DNA from: Takakia lepidozioides
Taxonomy: Eukaryota; Plantae; Bryophyta
Direction: 5' to 3'
Assembly (NCBI GenBank): GCA_030704615.1
Contig: CM060734.1
Location: 37,076,001-37,140,000, forward strand
Length of the DNA: 64,000 bases
Shown here piece after piece: positions 29,001 to 39,855 of this stretch (the first letter of the stretch is position 1; each line of letters starts with the position of its first letter). A program made the translations under genes and the position numbers. The notes below the pieces were generated by a model that worked only from the letters and a program-made list of their open reading frames with translations, was not told where the DNA came from and made no database searches.

Positions 29001-32000
29001 AAATTTAATATCTCGGGTATTGCTCACAGGGAACAGTACCTCTCTAGGTAACAAGGCTCTTTAATGCTCCAATGACAGAAGCTAACCTGGTCTTTTGAAT
29101 TTGCAGCAATTTACCAGAGGTTTCAAGTACACATAAGGTGCTGGGGATCCCAAGCGTGAGTGCGCGCTTTGGCACTTCCCCTGACATTTGGAATTGGGCT
29201 ATGGGGGCTGTGGCAGCTCTGGCTCCTAAGGTAAGAGAAAGAGATTACCCATCACCATAAAGCCCTAGATCGTGCAAAGGGCTGCAAAAGGGACATGTGG
29301 GGACAATAACATCTGAAGGGGTTCACTTATGCTACTGGTGCGGCTGGGGAAGAGAACAAGCTTGCCTCTATTCCCTTGGCAAAGGCTTTCCCCAGTGCTC
29401 TTTATGATAGCAGCCGATTTTGCAATAAAGCACCCAAGACTCCCAAAACTGAGCAAGAAAGAGGGGTGGCAACTGTCAGTTTTAGGCTTGTGAAGAGGCA
29501 TTTTGCTGTGAATACTTTGCATTGCACTGCATCAGAGAGTGGACACCACCCTCAACATCTTTCCAGGCATACTGTTTCAGTTTTCCCGGATGCATTTACT
29601 TAGTCTTCAGGTGTAACCAGCCTACTTCCAATTTGGCTGCCCAATAGGGGAGGGCCCTTACTGAATACAGTTTCCAACAAAGCTGAGGAGAAGTCTTGCA
29701 GGAGAGAGGAACAAGGACATAAAGGAAGCCCAAAGAGCTTATGGACAAGAGTGTGTAACCAACAAATAAACAACTATACAGCAAGGAAAGGGAAGATACT
29801 GGCGACAGACAGACAGATGAAATGGAGGTGGAACTGGAAAGTTCCTCAAATGGATTTGTTATCCCATGATGTTCATTCTGTTGTTGGCTGCAGGGATTCC
29901 TGCAAGATCGGAGCAAGGTGGAAACGTTGGTGCGTTTGTCTGATCCATGGGTGCGTGCCGTTGATGGCATTGCCGGTGAACGCATGTCAATGAGGGTCAG
30001 TTGCTATGCATTCACCCAGTCCTCCTCTCTCTGCTCCCTCCAGAAAGGTGATGGGTTCTTGGTCTAAAGGCCGTAGCATGCATCATGTAATAAAATACTC
30101 TCTCCCTTAGCTGAGAGAAGCTATTCTCTTTGCCTTATGAAATATTGACTTATGAAATATTTGCTTTTGTTCTTATCAACTCTATCAACTCTTTCTCTCT
30201 TTCTCTCTCCCTGCTATTTCCCGCTCAAACTGGGCGCGGGGTCAATGGCCACAAGGCTACGGCAAACAACGTTGTATGAGTACAATCTCTCCCTGCTTTG
30301 CCATTTCATTCATTTCCCTGCTTTGCTCACAAGGCTACGACAAACGTTTTATGAGTACATTCTCTCCATGCTTTGCTGGTTTTGGTCTACTACTTTATTA
30401 TATGGGCTCATCATTTTTGAGGATGCCCAATGTGATCCATGGAGTGTTCATAATCCATGGCACTTAAAAGGATCGTAAACTGTCTCTCCTTGCTGTATGT
30501 CTGGATGTCCACTCTCTCTCTCTCTCTCATTGGGAGGAAACTAATTGTCTGCGGTAGAGCAGTTAATTGGTGGACCAATGAGATTAAACTCAAGATAGCT
30601 GAGAGACGAGCCCTCTATAAAGAGTGCTGTAATTTGGAAACCAACAGAGAATTGTGGGCGAGGTACTACCAGCTCCGTAAAGATATCAATCAGCTTGTTA
30701 GGTCTCAGAAGAAATTATACTGGGACAAGCTATACAGTGAAATAAACTCAAACCACCATGGTGGTAATGACAAGAAATTCTGGTTGGCGCTTCAACGTTT
30801 GTACAAGCCGAAAAACGGGCAGCAAGTACAAGCGCTGAAGACTACTAAAGGTGCAGTGGTGACTTCATTGGTTGACATTGTCAAATCCTTTGAAACTCAC
30901 TACAGTATCCTTGGCAGAACTTCTAGGTCTAACAGTGAGGGGTCTTCTGCTGAATGGAGGGACACAGTTGGAAAATCTGTTCCTATGATTCAAAACAGCC
31001 CTGATGAACTGGAGTATATTTCAATGGCTTATAATGCCCATTAGTTCTTCTGAGATTGTGGAAGCAATTGAACATTTAAATAGATATAAAGCTGGTGGAC
31101 CTGATGGTATTGTCAACGAGCTTATCAAGCACGGTGGCGATCCCATGATAGAGGCCCTAGTTCTCCTCTTTAACCTTATGGAAGACTGAAATGATCCCCT
31201 TTCGCTGGCGACAGGGGGTCATTGTCAATCTATACAAGAAGGGTGACAGAGAAGAACCGGGGAACTACCGTGGCATCACGCTCCTCAATGCTGTTGGCAA
31301 GACATTCTGCAGAGTTATAAGTACTCGTCTCGAGGTTGATCTGGAGTCTAGAGGTTGTTTCCACGAAGGCCAAGCTGGCTTTCGAAACAGGGGCTGTGTG
31401 GATCATATCTTCACTCTAAGCCAGATTATCCAGGGAAGGAAAAAAGAAGGGAAACCCACTTATGTTTTTTCCTGGATGTCAAAAAGGCTTATGACACAGT
31501 GTGGAGAGATGGCCTATGGTTCCGCCTCTGGTCTTGTGGGATCAAGGGAAAGATGTGGAGAGTTGTCCACAACTTGTATGCTCACACCAGAAGCTGTGTC
31601 ACTGTTAACGGACAGAAGTCCAACTTCTTTGACATAGACCAAGGTGTAGCTCAAGGATGTACTCTCTCCCCTCTGCTCTTCAATGTTTTCATCAATCAAC
31701 TCCTCGAGGATGTGGAAAGTGAGGGATTTGGGTTAAGGGTGGGTGATACCACCATACCAGCCCTTATGTTTGCGGATGACTTCGCAGGCATAGGGAGACT
31801 CCAACCAATCTCCAGGAGTTGATTGATTGCGCGAAGAGATACTTTGATCTTTGGGGGCTAGAGGCTAATGTCAGCAAATGTGCAGTGGTAGCATTCAACG
31901 ACAGAGGAGAGGGAGGAAGTGATCTTAAGTGGCAGTGGGGTAGCCAAGAGATCCCGGTCCTCCTTTCCTACACTTACCTGGGCGTTGAGTTTTCCTCCAA

Positions 32001-35000
32001 TTGTAAATTGGGATGCACATATCCGGAAAGTTGTTCAAACTGGCAAGGGCAAAGCTCTGGGGCTCACTAAATTTTTCCACTGCAGAGGGGTCAACTCTGA
32101 GGTTAAGAAAACCATGCTTTGTCGCGTTATTAGACCTGCCTTGGAGTACGGATCTGCTATATGGGTTGATAACTCCAACCAGGCTAAGTCTCTAGAATCC
32201 ATTCAAGTGGGGGGTTAAGGAGTGTATGTCAGCATGCTCCAAAACAGCCAATGTGGCTGTTCGGGGTGAGTTTGGCATTCCGTCCTTAAGCTCCCGAGGA
32301 GATGAATATGGTGGGGTCAGCTGCAACATATGCCCAACACCAGATATCCTAAGTTAATCGACTCTATATCTTGGAAACAGGACCGCCCTGTCAAACAGGC
32401 TGAGTCCTGGCAGAAGAGAGTAGAAGAGATTCTCAAGGACCTGGACCTGGATCCGCAAGTCTTGACCCTGCTGGATAAATCTGACTTAGAGGCTGTGTGT
32501 ATCCGAAGCCATGTCTGTTGCCATGAGATTGTCTGATGAAAATGAAGTTAGGCAGAAAATTTCCCTGAACTTGTTTCCAGTCAGTGACATGGGGGAGGAC
32601 ATCTTGGATGACCTCAAGGGTCTACCCACTCTCGGCACTAGACTGAAATTTAAACTCAGGGCAGGAAGCCTACCTTTGAACAGCAAACAGAAGCAGAGAG
32701 GAAAGGGAGAGTGCAATTGCCCGCTGTGTGGGCAATCTGAAGACAGTTTTCACTTTCTGATACACTGTCCGGGGTTCTCTCACCAAAGAGACGCTCTCTT
32801 GAATTCTATCAAGGGAATTGTGCCTGTACCCCTGTTTAACAACTTTGAAAGTCTCGAGGCTGAGCCAAAAGCCCAGGCCCTCCTGAGGCCTAGTTTTTGG
32901 GCAAATCACACACAGCAGATTGATGCTTGTGTGAAGGGATTTCTAGAGGATATCTGGAAAACCCGGATTAATTCTATATATGATGGTAAGTCACACTACC
33001 AACGTCAGCCCCTGACAGAGGTAGTTTCTGTCCCTTTTGTTCCCGCTCAAACTGGGCGCGGGGTCAATGCCCACAAGGCTACGGCAAACAACGTCTTATG
33101 AGTACAATCTCTAGCTATGGCAACAAAGTCTGATGAGTACAATCTCTCTAGTTCCGCAAATCCTGGTGTGTGCGAAACCCACAGTAGGCTCTGGGAGGGT
33201 TAGTCTCCCCAGGGTCGATGGCCGCAAGGCTATAGCAAGCCAACGTTTGCAGGGAACGGCATGAGTGCATTCTCTCTAGTTCCGCCCAAAGTGGGCGCCG
33301 GGTCTATGGCCACAAGGCCATGGCAAACAACGGGTAACGAATGCATTCTCTCTCTCTCCAAACTCATGTTGCTCAATTGGAAAATTTCAAAGGAAAAAGG
33401 GATCGTATTCTACCAGTGCTTCTTTATAATAATTTGTCTCGAGAGATAGAAATGGATGTTGATGCATGAACCCACCTAATGGCGTGGGTGGGGGCTCCGT
33501 AGGTGGATTTGGAGTTTCATTGGGGCAAGGCAGTGGGAATCTACACCCACAAAATGTTATCAGTGTAAGGGCAAAGTCTGGCAATTGTAGCTTCAGGGAG
33601 TATGGTGAGCCATTCTACAATAGGTTTACTTACACCACAGGATGACATTAAACTTCATGTCTTTGGACTGACCATGAGTTCTCACTCAGCTTAGCCTAGC
33701 CTGTGCAAGGTCTAAAGCCAAACGTATGAGATGGCCTATGGGATGGCCAGGTGGACAGGGTTCAAGTTTGCTTGCCTGCTGTTGTCAAGATCAACTTGTC
33801 AGCTTGATAGTTAGCTCAGATTCTGAGTAATTCTGTGATGGAAGAGTTGCATCAGAGTCCAATTGGCATAGCCTTGTTTCTCGCTAACCTAACCATCTGA
33901 TTATTATCTGTCTTTCTCTGTCTCTCATCTGTTGCCACCTGTGGATTGCAGATGTGTGGGGGTAGCAGTAGCAGCATTTGCCCGAGCGGTCCTAGAAGGA
34001 AGCACAAAACCAGGTGTTTGGTTTCCGGAGGAGGTACAAAAGATTCCACATTTATTCTCTTATTCATATGACTAAATATCAACACAGTAGGAGGGAAACC
34101 GTGACTCCTCAACTGCGCAGAGGGCCTTGTTCTGCCCTGCAGGTACATGCTAGTATTTCCCATTTACATCTGTCCCTGAAAGGGACTGTGTCAGGCAAGT
34201 AAACTGCTGCATTGAAGTTTAGAACTGTATGATATTGGCTGAAGAAACCAATTCCGGAATGCTCCAATCAAGTAAAACAACAAATCAAGTGTGTCTGCCA
34301 AGTCAAATGTTTTGTGTTGGATTTTCCCACTCTGTCACTGGCACAAAATGTCCAAAGAAATTGATTGTGATGGCAGGGAATGACGATCACTAAGACACAC
34401 TGCTAATCCTGGGACCTCTTAGCTATCACCAAAATCGTACTCATCTTCTCATTCATCACCATCTTGAATGAAATGGGATGAGGGGACAGTCAGGGGGCAT
34501 AGCAGAGGAGGCAAGGCAGAAGCTGTTGGAGCGAGCATCAAAGGGCACTCTCAACTTCATCATGAACAGGTGAATCACTTATCTTTGGAGGCAACTCTTC
34601 CTAGACAGCAAACAGTTTAGTTGTTTGTTTGAGAGAGAAAGAAAGAGGAGAACAGGAATGAACTTTAGTTGGTGCTGATAGCGCCTTCTGAAGGTAAGTG
34701 GCCAAGCATTTCTTGGCTTCATAACTAAATACCTACGCAAGGATGACGAGCCTCTAAAGTGTGTGTTTGTGTGTGCTCTTGTTAGATATGCTTCCCAGAG
34801 ACTAGCCAGAAACTAGTCCCCACAGAATGCACTCACCAGGCTAGTTTTCCGTAGCCTTGTGGCCAAAGACCTGGCGCCCGGTTTGGTTGGAACAAATGGG
34901 AACAGATAGTACCCCTCCAGGCCAGCTTCATCCAGTAGGATCAATTCTTCAAGACTAATATTCAGATCCTTGAAGATCTCTTGTACCCTTTTCCGCCAAG

Positions 35001-38000
35001 ACTTAGCCTGTTTATCAGGACGATCTTGTTTCCATGAAATATCGTCGATTAAGAAATGAAATGAAATGAAATGGAACTTTATAACGTCCGCAGAAAGCTC
35101 AAAGAGCTTATGGGACAACAGGAAACAAGAAACAAGAAACAAGAAAAGGTATAAAGCCAGAAGCAGCCTAACAGCAATTACTGCTCAAGGGATTGCCCAA
35201 GGGTCAAAGCTTTGTGCAGATAAGCTGCCAAGCATTTCTGATCCTCATAATGGAAAACTTCTGTGAGAGATTGGGTTCCACGGAACAGACAGTTGAATCT
35301 CCCACGGATCTCCCAGTATAGCGGGCAGGAAAAGAATAACTGTTCTTCAGTTTCGATACACCGGTAGGGCCTGGTGCATGCTGGGCACAGGCGGTGTTCT
35401 CGCTGCAGGTTTTCCCACCTACCAGTCTCTATCTGTAAGTTGACCACTTCCTGGTTTGGACTGAGATCAAAAGGTGTATTCCCAACACCAAGAGATCTGT
35501 GAAACGTTCGATTCGGAAGTGGTGCATAGAAAAATTCCATAATGAAGAGGTCAAGGCTGAGTATGTCCAGGCCTTGCAAGAGGCTCTTCCTCATTTTGTC
35601 CATTCGCTCCAAGACCTTCAGTCTTGCGCAGACAATGCAAAGAATGAAGTCGAAAGAGCAGTGGATTCTTGGGAGAGTTTCGTCTCCTTTGCGGCTGACA
35701 AGATCATTGGGAGGAAACTAATTGTCTGCAGTAGAGCTGTTAATTGGTGGACCAATGAGATTAAAGATAGCTGAGAAACGAGTCCTTTATAAAGAGTGCT
35801 GCAATTTGAAAACCAACAAAGAATTGTGGGCGAGGTACTACCAGATCCGTAAAGACATCAATCTGCTTGTAAGGGCTCAGAAGAAATTATACTGGAACAA
35901 GTTATACAGTGAAATAAACTCAAACCACCATGGTGGTGATGACAAGAGATTCTGGTTGGCCCTTCAACGCTTGTACAATCCGAAAAGTCAGCAAGTACAA
36001 GCGCTGAAGACTACTAAGGGTGCAGTGGTAACTTCATCGGTTGACATTGTCAAAACCTTTGAACCCACTACAGTATCCTTGGCAGAACTTCTAGGTCTAA
36101 CAGTGAGGGGTCCTCTGATGAATGGAAGGACACAGTTGGTAAAACTGTTCCTATGATTCAAAACAGCCCTGATGAACTGGAGTATATTTCAAAAGCCTAC
36201 AACGCTCCCATTAGTTCTTCTGAGATTGTGGAAGCAATTGAACATCTAAATGGATATAAAGCAGGTGGTCCTGATGGCATTGTCAACGAGCTTATCAAGC
36301 ACGGTGGCGATCCCATGATAGAGGCCCTAGTTCTCCTCTTTAACCTTATCTGGAAGACTGAAAGGATCCCCTTTCGCTGGCGACAGGGGGTCATTGTCAA
36401 TCTATATAAGAAGGGTGACAGAGAAGACCCGGGGAACTATCGTGGCATCACGCTCCTCAATGCTGTTGGCAAGATATTTGCAGAGTTATAAGTACTCGTC
36501 TCGAGGTTGATCTGGAATCTAGAGGTTGTTTTCACGAAGGCCAAGCTGGCTTTCGGCGAAACAGGGGCTGTGTGGACCATATCTTCACTCTAAGCCAGAT
36601 TATCTAGGGAAGGAAAGAAGAAGGGAAACCCACTTATGTTTTTTTCTTGGATGTCAAAAAGGCTTATGACACAGTGTGGATGGTCTATGGCTCCGCCTCT
36701 GGTCTTGCGGAATCAAGGGAAAAATGTGGAGAGTTGTCCATAACTTGTATGCGCACACCAAAAGCTGTGTCACTGTTAATGGACAGAAGTCTAACTTCTT
36801 TGACATAGACCAAGGTGTAGCTCAAGGATGTACCCTCTCCCCTCTGCTCTTCAATGTTTTCATCAATCAACTCCTCAAGGATGTGGAACGTGAGGGATTT
36901 GGGTTAAGGGTGGGTGATGCCACCATTCCAGCCCTTATGTTTGCGGATGACTTCGCAGGCATAGGGGAGACTCCTTCCAACCTCCAGGAGTTGATTGATT
37001 GCGCGAAGAGATACTTTGATCTTTGGGGGCTAGAGGCTAATGTCAGCAAATGTGCAGTGGTGGCATTCAACGACAGAGGAGAGGGAGGAAGTGATCTTAA
37101 GTGGCAGTGGGGTAGCCAAGAGATCCCAGTCCTCCCTTCCTACACATACCTGGGCGTTGAGTTTTCCAACTGTAACTGGGATGCACACATCCAGAAAGTT
37201 GTTCAAACTGGCAAGGGCAAAGCGCTGAGTCTCACTAAAATTTTTCACTGCAGAGGTATTAACTCTGAGGGCAAGAAAACCTTGCTTTGCCGCGTTATTA
37301 GACCTGCCTTGGAGTACGGATCTGCTATATGGGTTGATAACTCCAACCAGGCTAAGTCTCTAGAATCCATCAAGTGGGGGTGCTTAAGGAGTGCATGTCA
37401 GCATGCTCCAAAACAGCCAATGTGGCTGTTCGGGGTGAGTTTGGCATCCCTTCCTTAAGCTCCCGACGAGATGAATTCAAGGTCAGATGGTGGGGTCAGT
37501 TGCAACACATGTCCAACACCAGATACCCTAAGTTAATCGACTCTATATCTTGGAAACAGGACCGCCCTGTCAAACAGGCTAAGTCCTGGCAGAAGAGAGT
37601 AGAAGAGATTCTCAAGGATCTGAATCTGGACCCGCAAGTCTTGACCTTGCTGGATAAATCTGACTTAGAGGCTGTAGTGTCCAAAGCCATGTCTGTTACC
37701 AGCAAATTGTCTGATGCAAATGAAGTTAGGCAGAAAACTTCCCTGAACCTGTTTCCAGTCTGTGACATGGGGGAGGATATCATGGATGACCTCAAGGGTC
37801 TACCCACTCTCGGCACCAGACTGAAATTTAAACTCAGGGCGGGAAGCCTACCTTTGAACAGTAAACAGAAGCAGAGAGGAAAGGGAGAGTGCAATTGCCC
37901 GTTGTGTGGGCAACCCGAAGACAATATTCATTTTCTGATTCACTGTCCGGGGTACTCTCACCAGAGAGAAGCTCTCCTCCAATCTATCAAGAGAATTGTG

Positions 38001-38947
38001 CCTGTACCTCTGTTTACCAACTTTGAAAGTCTCGAGGCTGAGCCAAAAGCCCAGGCCCTTCTGAGGCCTAGTTTTTGGGCAAATCACACACAGCAGATTG
38101 ATGCTTGTGTGAAGGGATTTCTAGAGGATATCTGGAAAACCCGAATTAATTCTATTTAATAAGGTAAGTCTTACTACCAATGTCAGCCCCTGACAGAGGT
38201 AGGTTCTGTCCCTTTGGTTTCCGCTCAAACTGGGCGCGGGGTCAATGGCCACAAGGCTACGGCAAACAACGTCTTATGAGTACATTCTATCTGTAAGTTG
38301 TGGGAGCCACCCTGAACAGCCCCAAAGCCCCAGAAGAGAGGAAGATAAAGGTGCAAATAGGTAATTAGGCTGCAAGAGTCTACCATCACGGAGAACTAGG
38401 AATGTCTCCCGATAGAAATGGAGTTTTGTTGTAAGAGTGGCTGGCTTCCTTGGTCGCCTGACATGAAGTTCCATAAGTTCTCTTCCGATGAGTCTGTTGG
38501 ATGTGATTTCCACCCCTTCTGTACTTTGTGGCAGTAAGGAAGCAACAGAGAGTCCATTGCGCTCACAATTAGCTGCACACCCGAGAATACCAGGAGGACT
38601 TGAAGCCTGCTGTATTGAGCCTAATAGATGTTTTAAGGGCACTTGCTGTGAGCCCTTAGAGAGAAGAGATTATTCATTATGTCCAATGCAAAATCTACAG
38701 TAAGAATAAGCAAGAAATTCAACAATGTCGCCAGAAGGGAGAGAGTTGGATGTGTGGTATTCCTAAGGTGAGACACGAGACACGGTTGAAGACTGAGGTA
38801 GATAGTGATTGACCAGCTGAAGATAATTTGCCAGCTGCTTCTTGCATATCTTGCTAACTGTGATTTATCTCTCTGGCTGGAAGCAGATCTCCTTGGATGG
38901 TGGATGCCGATCCTAAAGAAGTCGGATTTGGCATCTACCTGCAATAG
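18382..38947 (+). CDS. Saccharopine dehydrogenase-like NAD(P)-binding oxidoreductase (At1g50450-like), 13 exons
   Basis: Exons 18382-18587, 19175-19272, 19710-19792, 20308-20434, 20806-20887, 21228-21325, 21979-22063, 29107-29230, 29894-29995, 33503-33564, 33952-34033, 34490-34569, 38887-38947; all GT-AG and phase-compatible. Motifs VIVLGGTGRVGG, VAGRNREKG, DLVIHAAGPFQ, AYIDVCDD, GIYPGVSN, YYTAGSGGAGPTIL, NLPEV, SARFGT, GVWFPEE, PWMVDADPKEVGFGIY. The start codon is the least certain part. Confidence 0.93.
22185..22460 (+). mobile_element. 3' fragment of LINE family 2 with (CATTT)n tail
   Basis: ...LVAYLHEALRL..., then gtcccgtaagctctatgagctttccgcggatgttataaag and catttcatttcatttcattt. Matches the minus-strand copy ending at ~35052. 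Confidence 0.7.
22678..22763 (+). mobile_element. Short SINE-like or 3'-end fragment related to LINE family 1
   Basis: cctggtg...gggagggttagt...gggtcaatggctgtaaggctatggcaagcc...gagtacat(tc)n; homologous to 33162-33278. Confidence 0.65.
23047..23083. repeat. (TC)n microsatellite at the 5' junction of the LINE
   Basis: About 18 uninterrupted TC units immediately before the LINE. Confidence 0.97.
23084..27604 (+). mobile_element. Near full-length non-LTR retrotransposon (LINE family 1, RTEX-like): N-terminal region, APE endonuclease, RT, CCHC finger, (CT)n tail; in intron 7
   Basis: APE: LATFNFSG, AGQETW, LLGDFNARVG, DYII, GTSDHFLVW. RT: KKGDREEPGNYRGITLL, QAGFR, FLDVKKAYDTV, GVAQGCTLSPLLF, MFADD. 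C-terminal CPLCGQSEDSIHFLIHC. 3' end ...cttatgagtacaa(tc)n. Clade assignment is inferred from motifs. Confidence 0.95.
23520..23935 (+). repeat. Three ~141-bp (47-codon) tandem repeats inside the LINE coding region
   Basis: The middle unit reads EGFGTLNGLPILKVYTRRAKSIHGVIVPKQSDGQSAPMCAEPVRRVT; the other two units match apart from 1-bp indels. Confidence 0.85.
27605..28243 (+). mobile_element. 5'-truncated LINE family 1 copy stacked on the previous tail
   Basis: Starts ggataaatctgacttagagg right after (ct)n, includes the CCHC finger and ends gagtacaa(tc)n. Confidence 0.92.
28244..28999 (+). mobile_element. More diverged 5'-truncated LINE family 1 copy with an internal deletion
   Basis: EFGIPSLSSRRDEFKVRWW...CPLCGQPEDNVHFLIHC; ends gagtacattctctctct. 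Confidence 0.9.
30220..30367 (+). mobile_element. Two very short LINE family 1 3'-end fragments
   Basis: ccgctcaaactgggcgcggggtcaatggccacaaggctacggcaaacaacg...gagtacaatctc, and cacaaggctacgacaaacg...gagtacattctctc. Confidence 0.8.
30529..33112 (+). mobile_element. 5'-truncated LINE family 1 copy (RT + CCHC) in intron 9
   Basis: Begins after (ct)n at attgggaggaaacta; nearly identical to ~25008-27600; ends gagtacaatctct. Confidence 0.95.
33113..33358 (+). mobile_element. Three stacked short 3'-end or SINE-like fragments of family 1 relatives
   Basis: Successive tails ending gagtacaatctctct (33148), gagtgcattctctct (33278) and gaatgcattctctctctct (33358). Confidence 0.75.
34817..35050 (-). mobile_element. 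Antisense degraded LINE family 1 3' relic
   Basis: The minus strand encodes DDISWKQDRPDKQAKSWRKRVQEIFKDL and carries the 3' motif gggcgccaggtctttggccacaaggctacgg...gagtgcattc. Confidence 0.8.
35052..38650 (-). mobile_element. RTEX-like LINE family 2 3' fragment, split by a family 1 insertion
   Basis: Removing 35443-38300 restores ...TTKLHFYRETF...LFRV.SHNLQIETGRWENLQREHRLCPAC...IETEEQLFFSCPLYWEIR...; (CATTT)n tail at ~35054-35072. Confidence 0.85.
35443..38285 (+). mobile_element. 5'-truncated LINE family 1 copy in intron 12 with a 15-bp TSD
   Basis: From DHFLVW through RT (MFADD) to the CCHC finger and 3' end gagtacat. Flanked by TCTATCTGTAAGTTG at 35428-35442 and 38286-38300. Confidence 0.95.
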
Positions 38948-39194
38948 CACATTTTGAGCACTTTGAGATAGAACATTCAATGAGGACTGCATCAGCAAAA
39001 TCTCCTCACTGAGGCATCTAGTTGGATGACGGGACATACAGGAAATCGGCTCAGAAGAAGAACAAGGACACTCTGCTCATTTTTGTTGGGAGAGACCATT
39101 ATGAATGATTTTACAGAGGCATCGACTGGCAAATTTAGATGTACGAGGAGTTGCAAGCATCAGGGTCAGAGGGTGGGGTCAGTTGAATTAGGAA

Positions 39195-39855
39195 TTATTT
39201 CTTGGAAGCAAGACCATCCTGTTAAACAGGCTAAGAGGATATTTTCAAGTATCTGAATATTTGTCCAGAAGAGTAGTCCCTAGTGGATGAAGCTGACCTT
39301 GAGGAGGTTATGTCCAAAGCCATGTCTAATGCCCAAAGACTGTCAGAAGAAAATAAAGTTCAGCATAAAACTTCCCTGAACTTGTTTTCAGTCTGAGCCA
39401 TGAAAGATGATCTGAAGTTCAATGCAAGACGGGGAGCCTTTGAACAAAAAAAGGATGCAGAGAGGAAAAGGGAACTGTATTTACTGATGTGCAGGCAACC
39501 TGAAGACAATGTCCATTTTCTGATACATGTCCGGGGTATTCTCACCAGCGAGTGACCCTCTTTAGGAACATCAAGAACATGGTTCCTGCACCTGCTCACG
39601 ACGAACTTTGAACATCTAGAGACTGAGCCCTAAGCCCTTGTCCTGTTGGGGGCTGACTTTTGGGCAGCTCACACACAGCAGATTGATGCTTGTGTGAAGG
39701 GCTTCTAGAGGATATCTGAAAAGCTATCAAGGTTAGTCACACTACTGGAGTGAGCCCCTCACAAAGGTAGTGCCTATTCCCTATGTTTCCATCCAAACTG
39801 GGCGCAGGGTCTATGGCCACAAGGTTACTGCAAACAAAGTCTTACGAGTACGTTC
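39195..39855 (+). mobile_element. Old degraded LINE family 1 3' fragment downstream of the gene
   Basis: ISWKQDHPVKQAK..., cacacagcagattgatgcttgtgtgaaggg, and aaactgggcgcagggtctatggccacaagg...gagtacgttct. Confidence 0.85.

Noticed and set aside
33120-33225. Hammerhead-ribozyme-like CTGATGAG...CGAAAC...GGGTC
   Set aside because: Stems II and III can be drawn but stem I does not pair. CTGATGAG is a variant of the family tail CTTATGAG, and the parts come from two adjacent fragments.
24562-38087. Numerous antisense ORFs overlapping the LINE copies
   Set aside because: Shadow frames of the RT sequence that recur only because the copies are near-identical.
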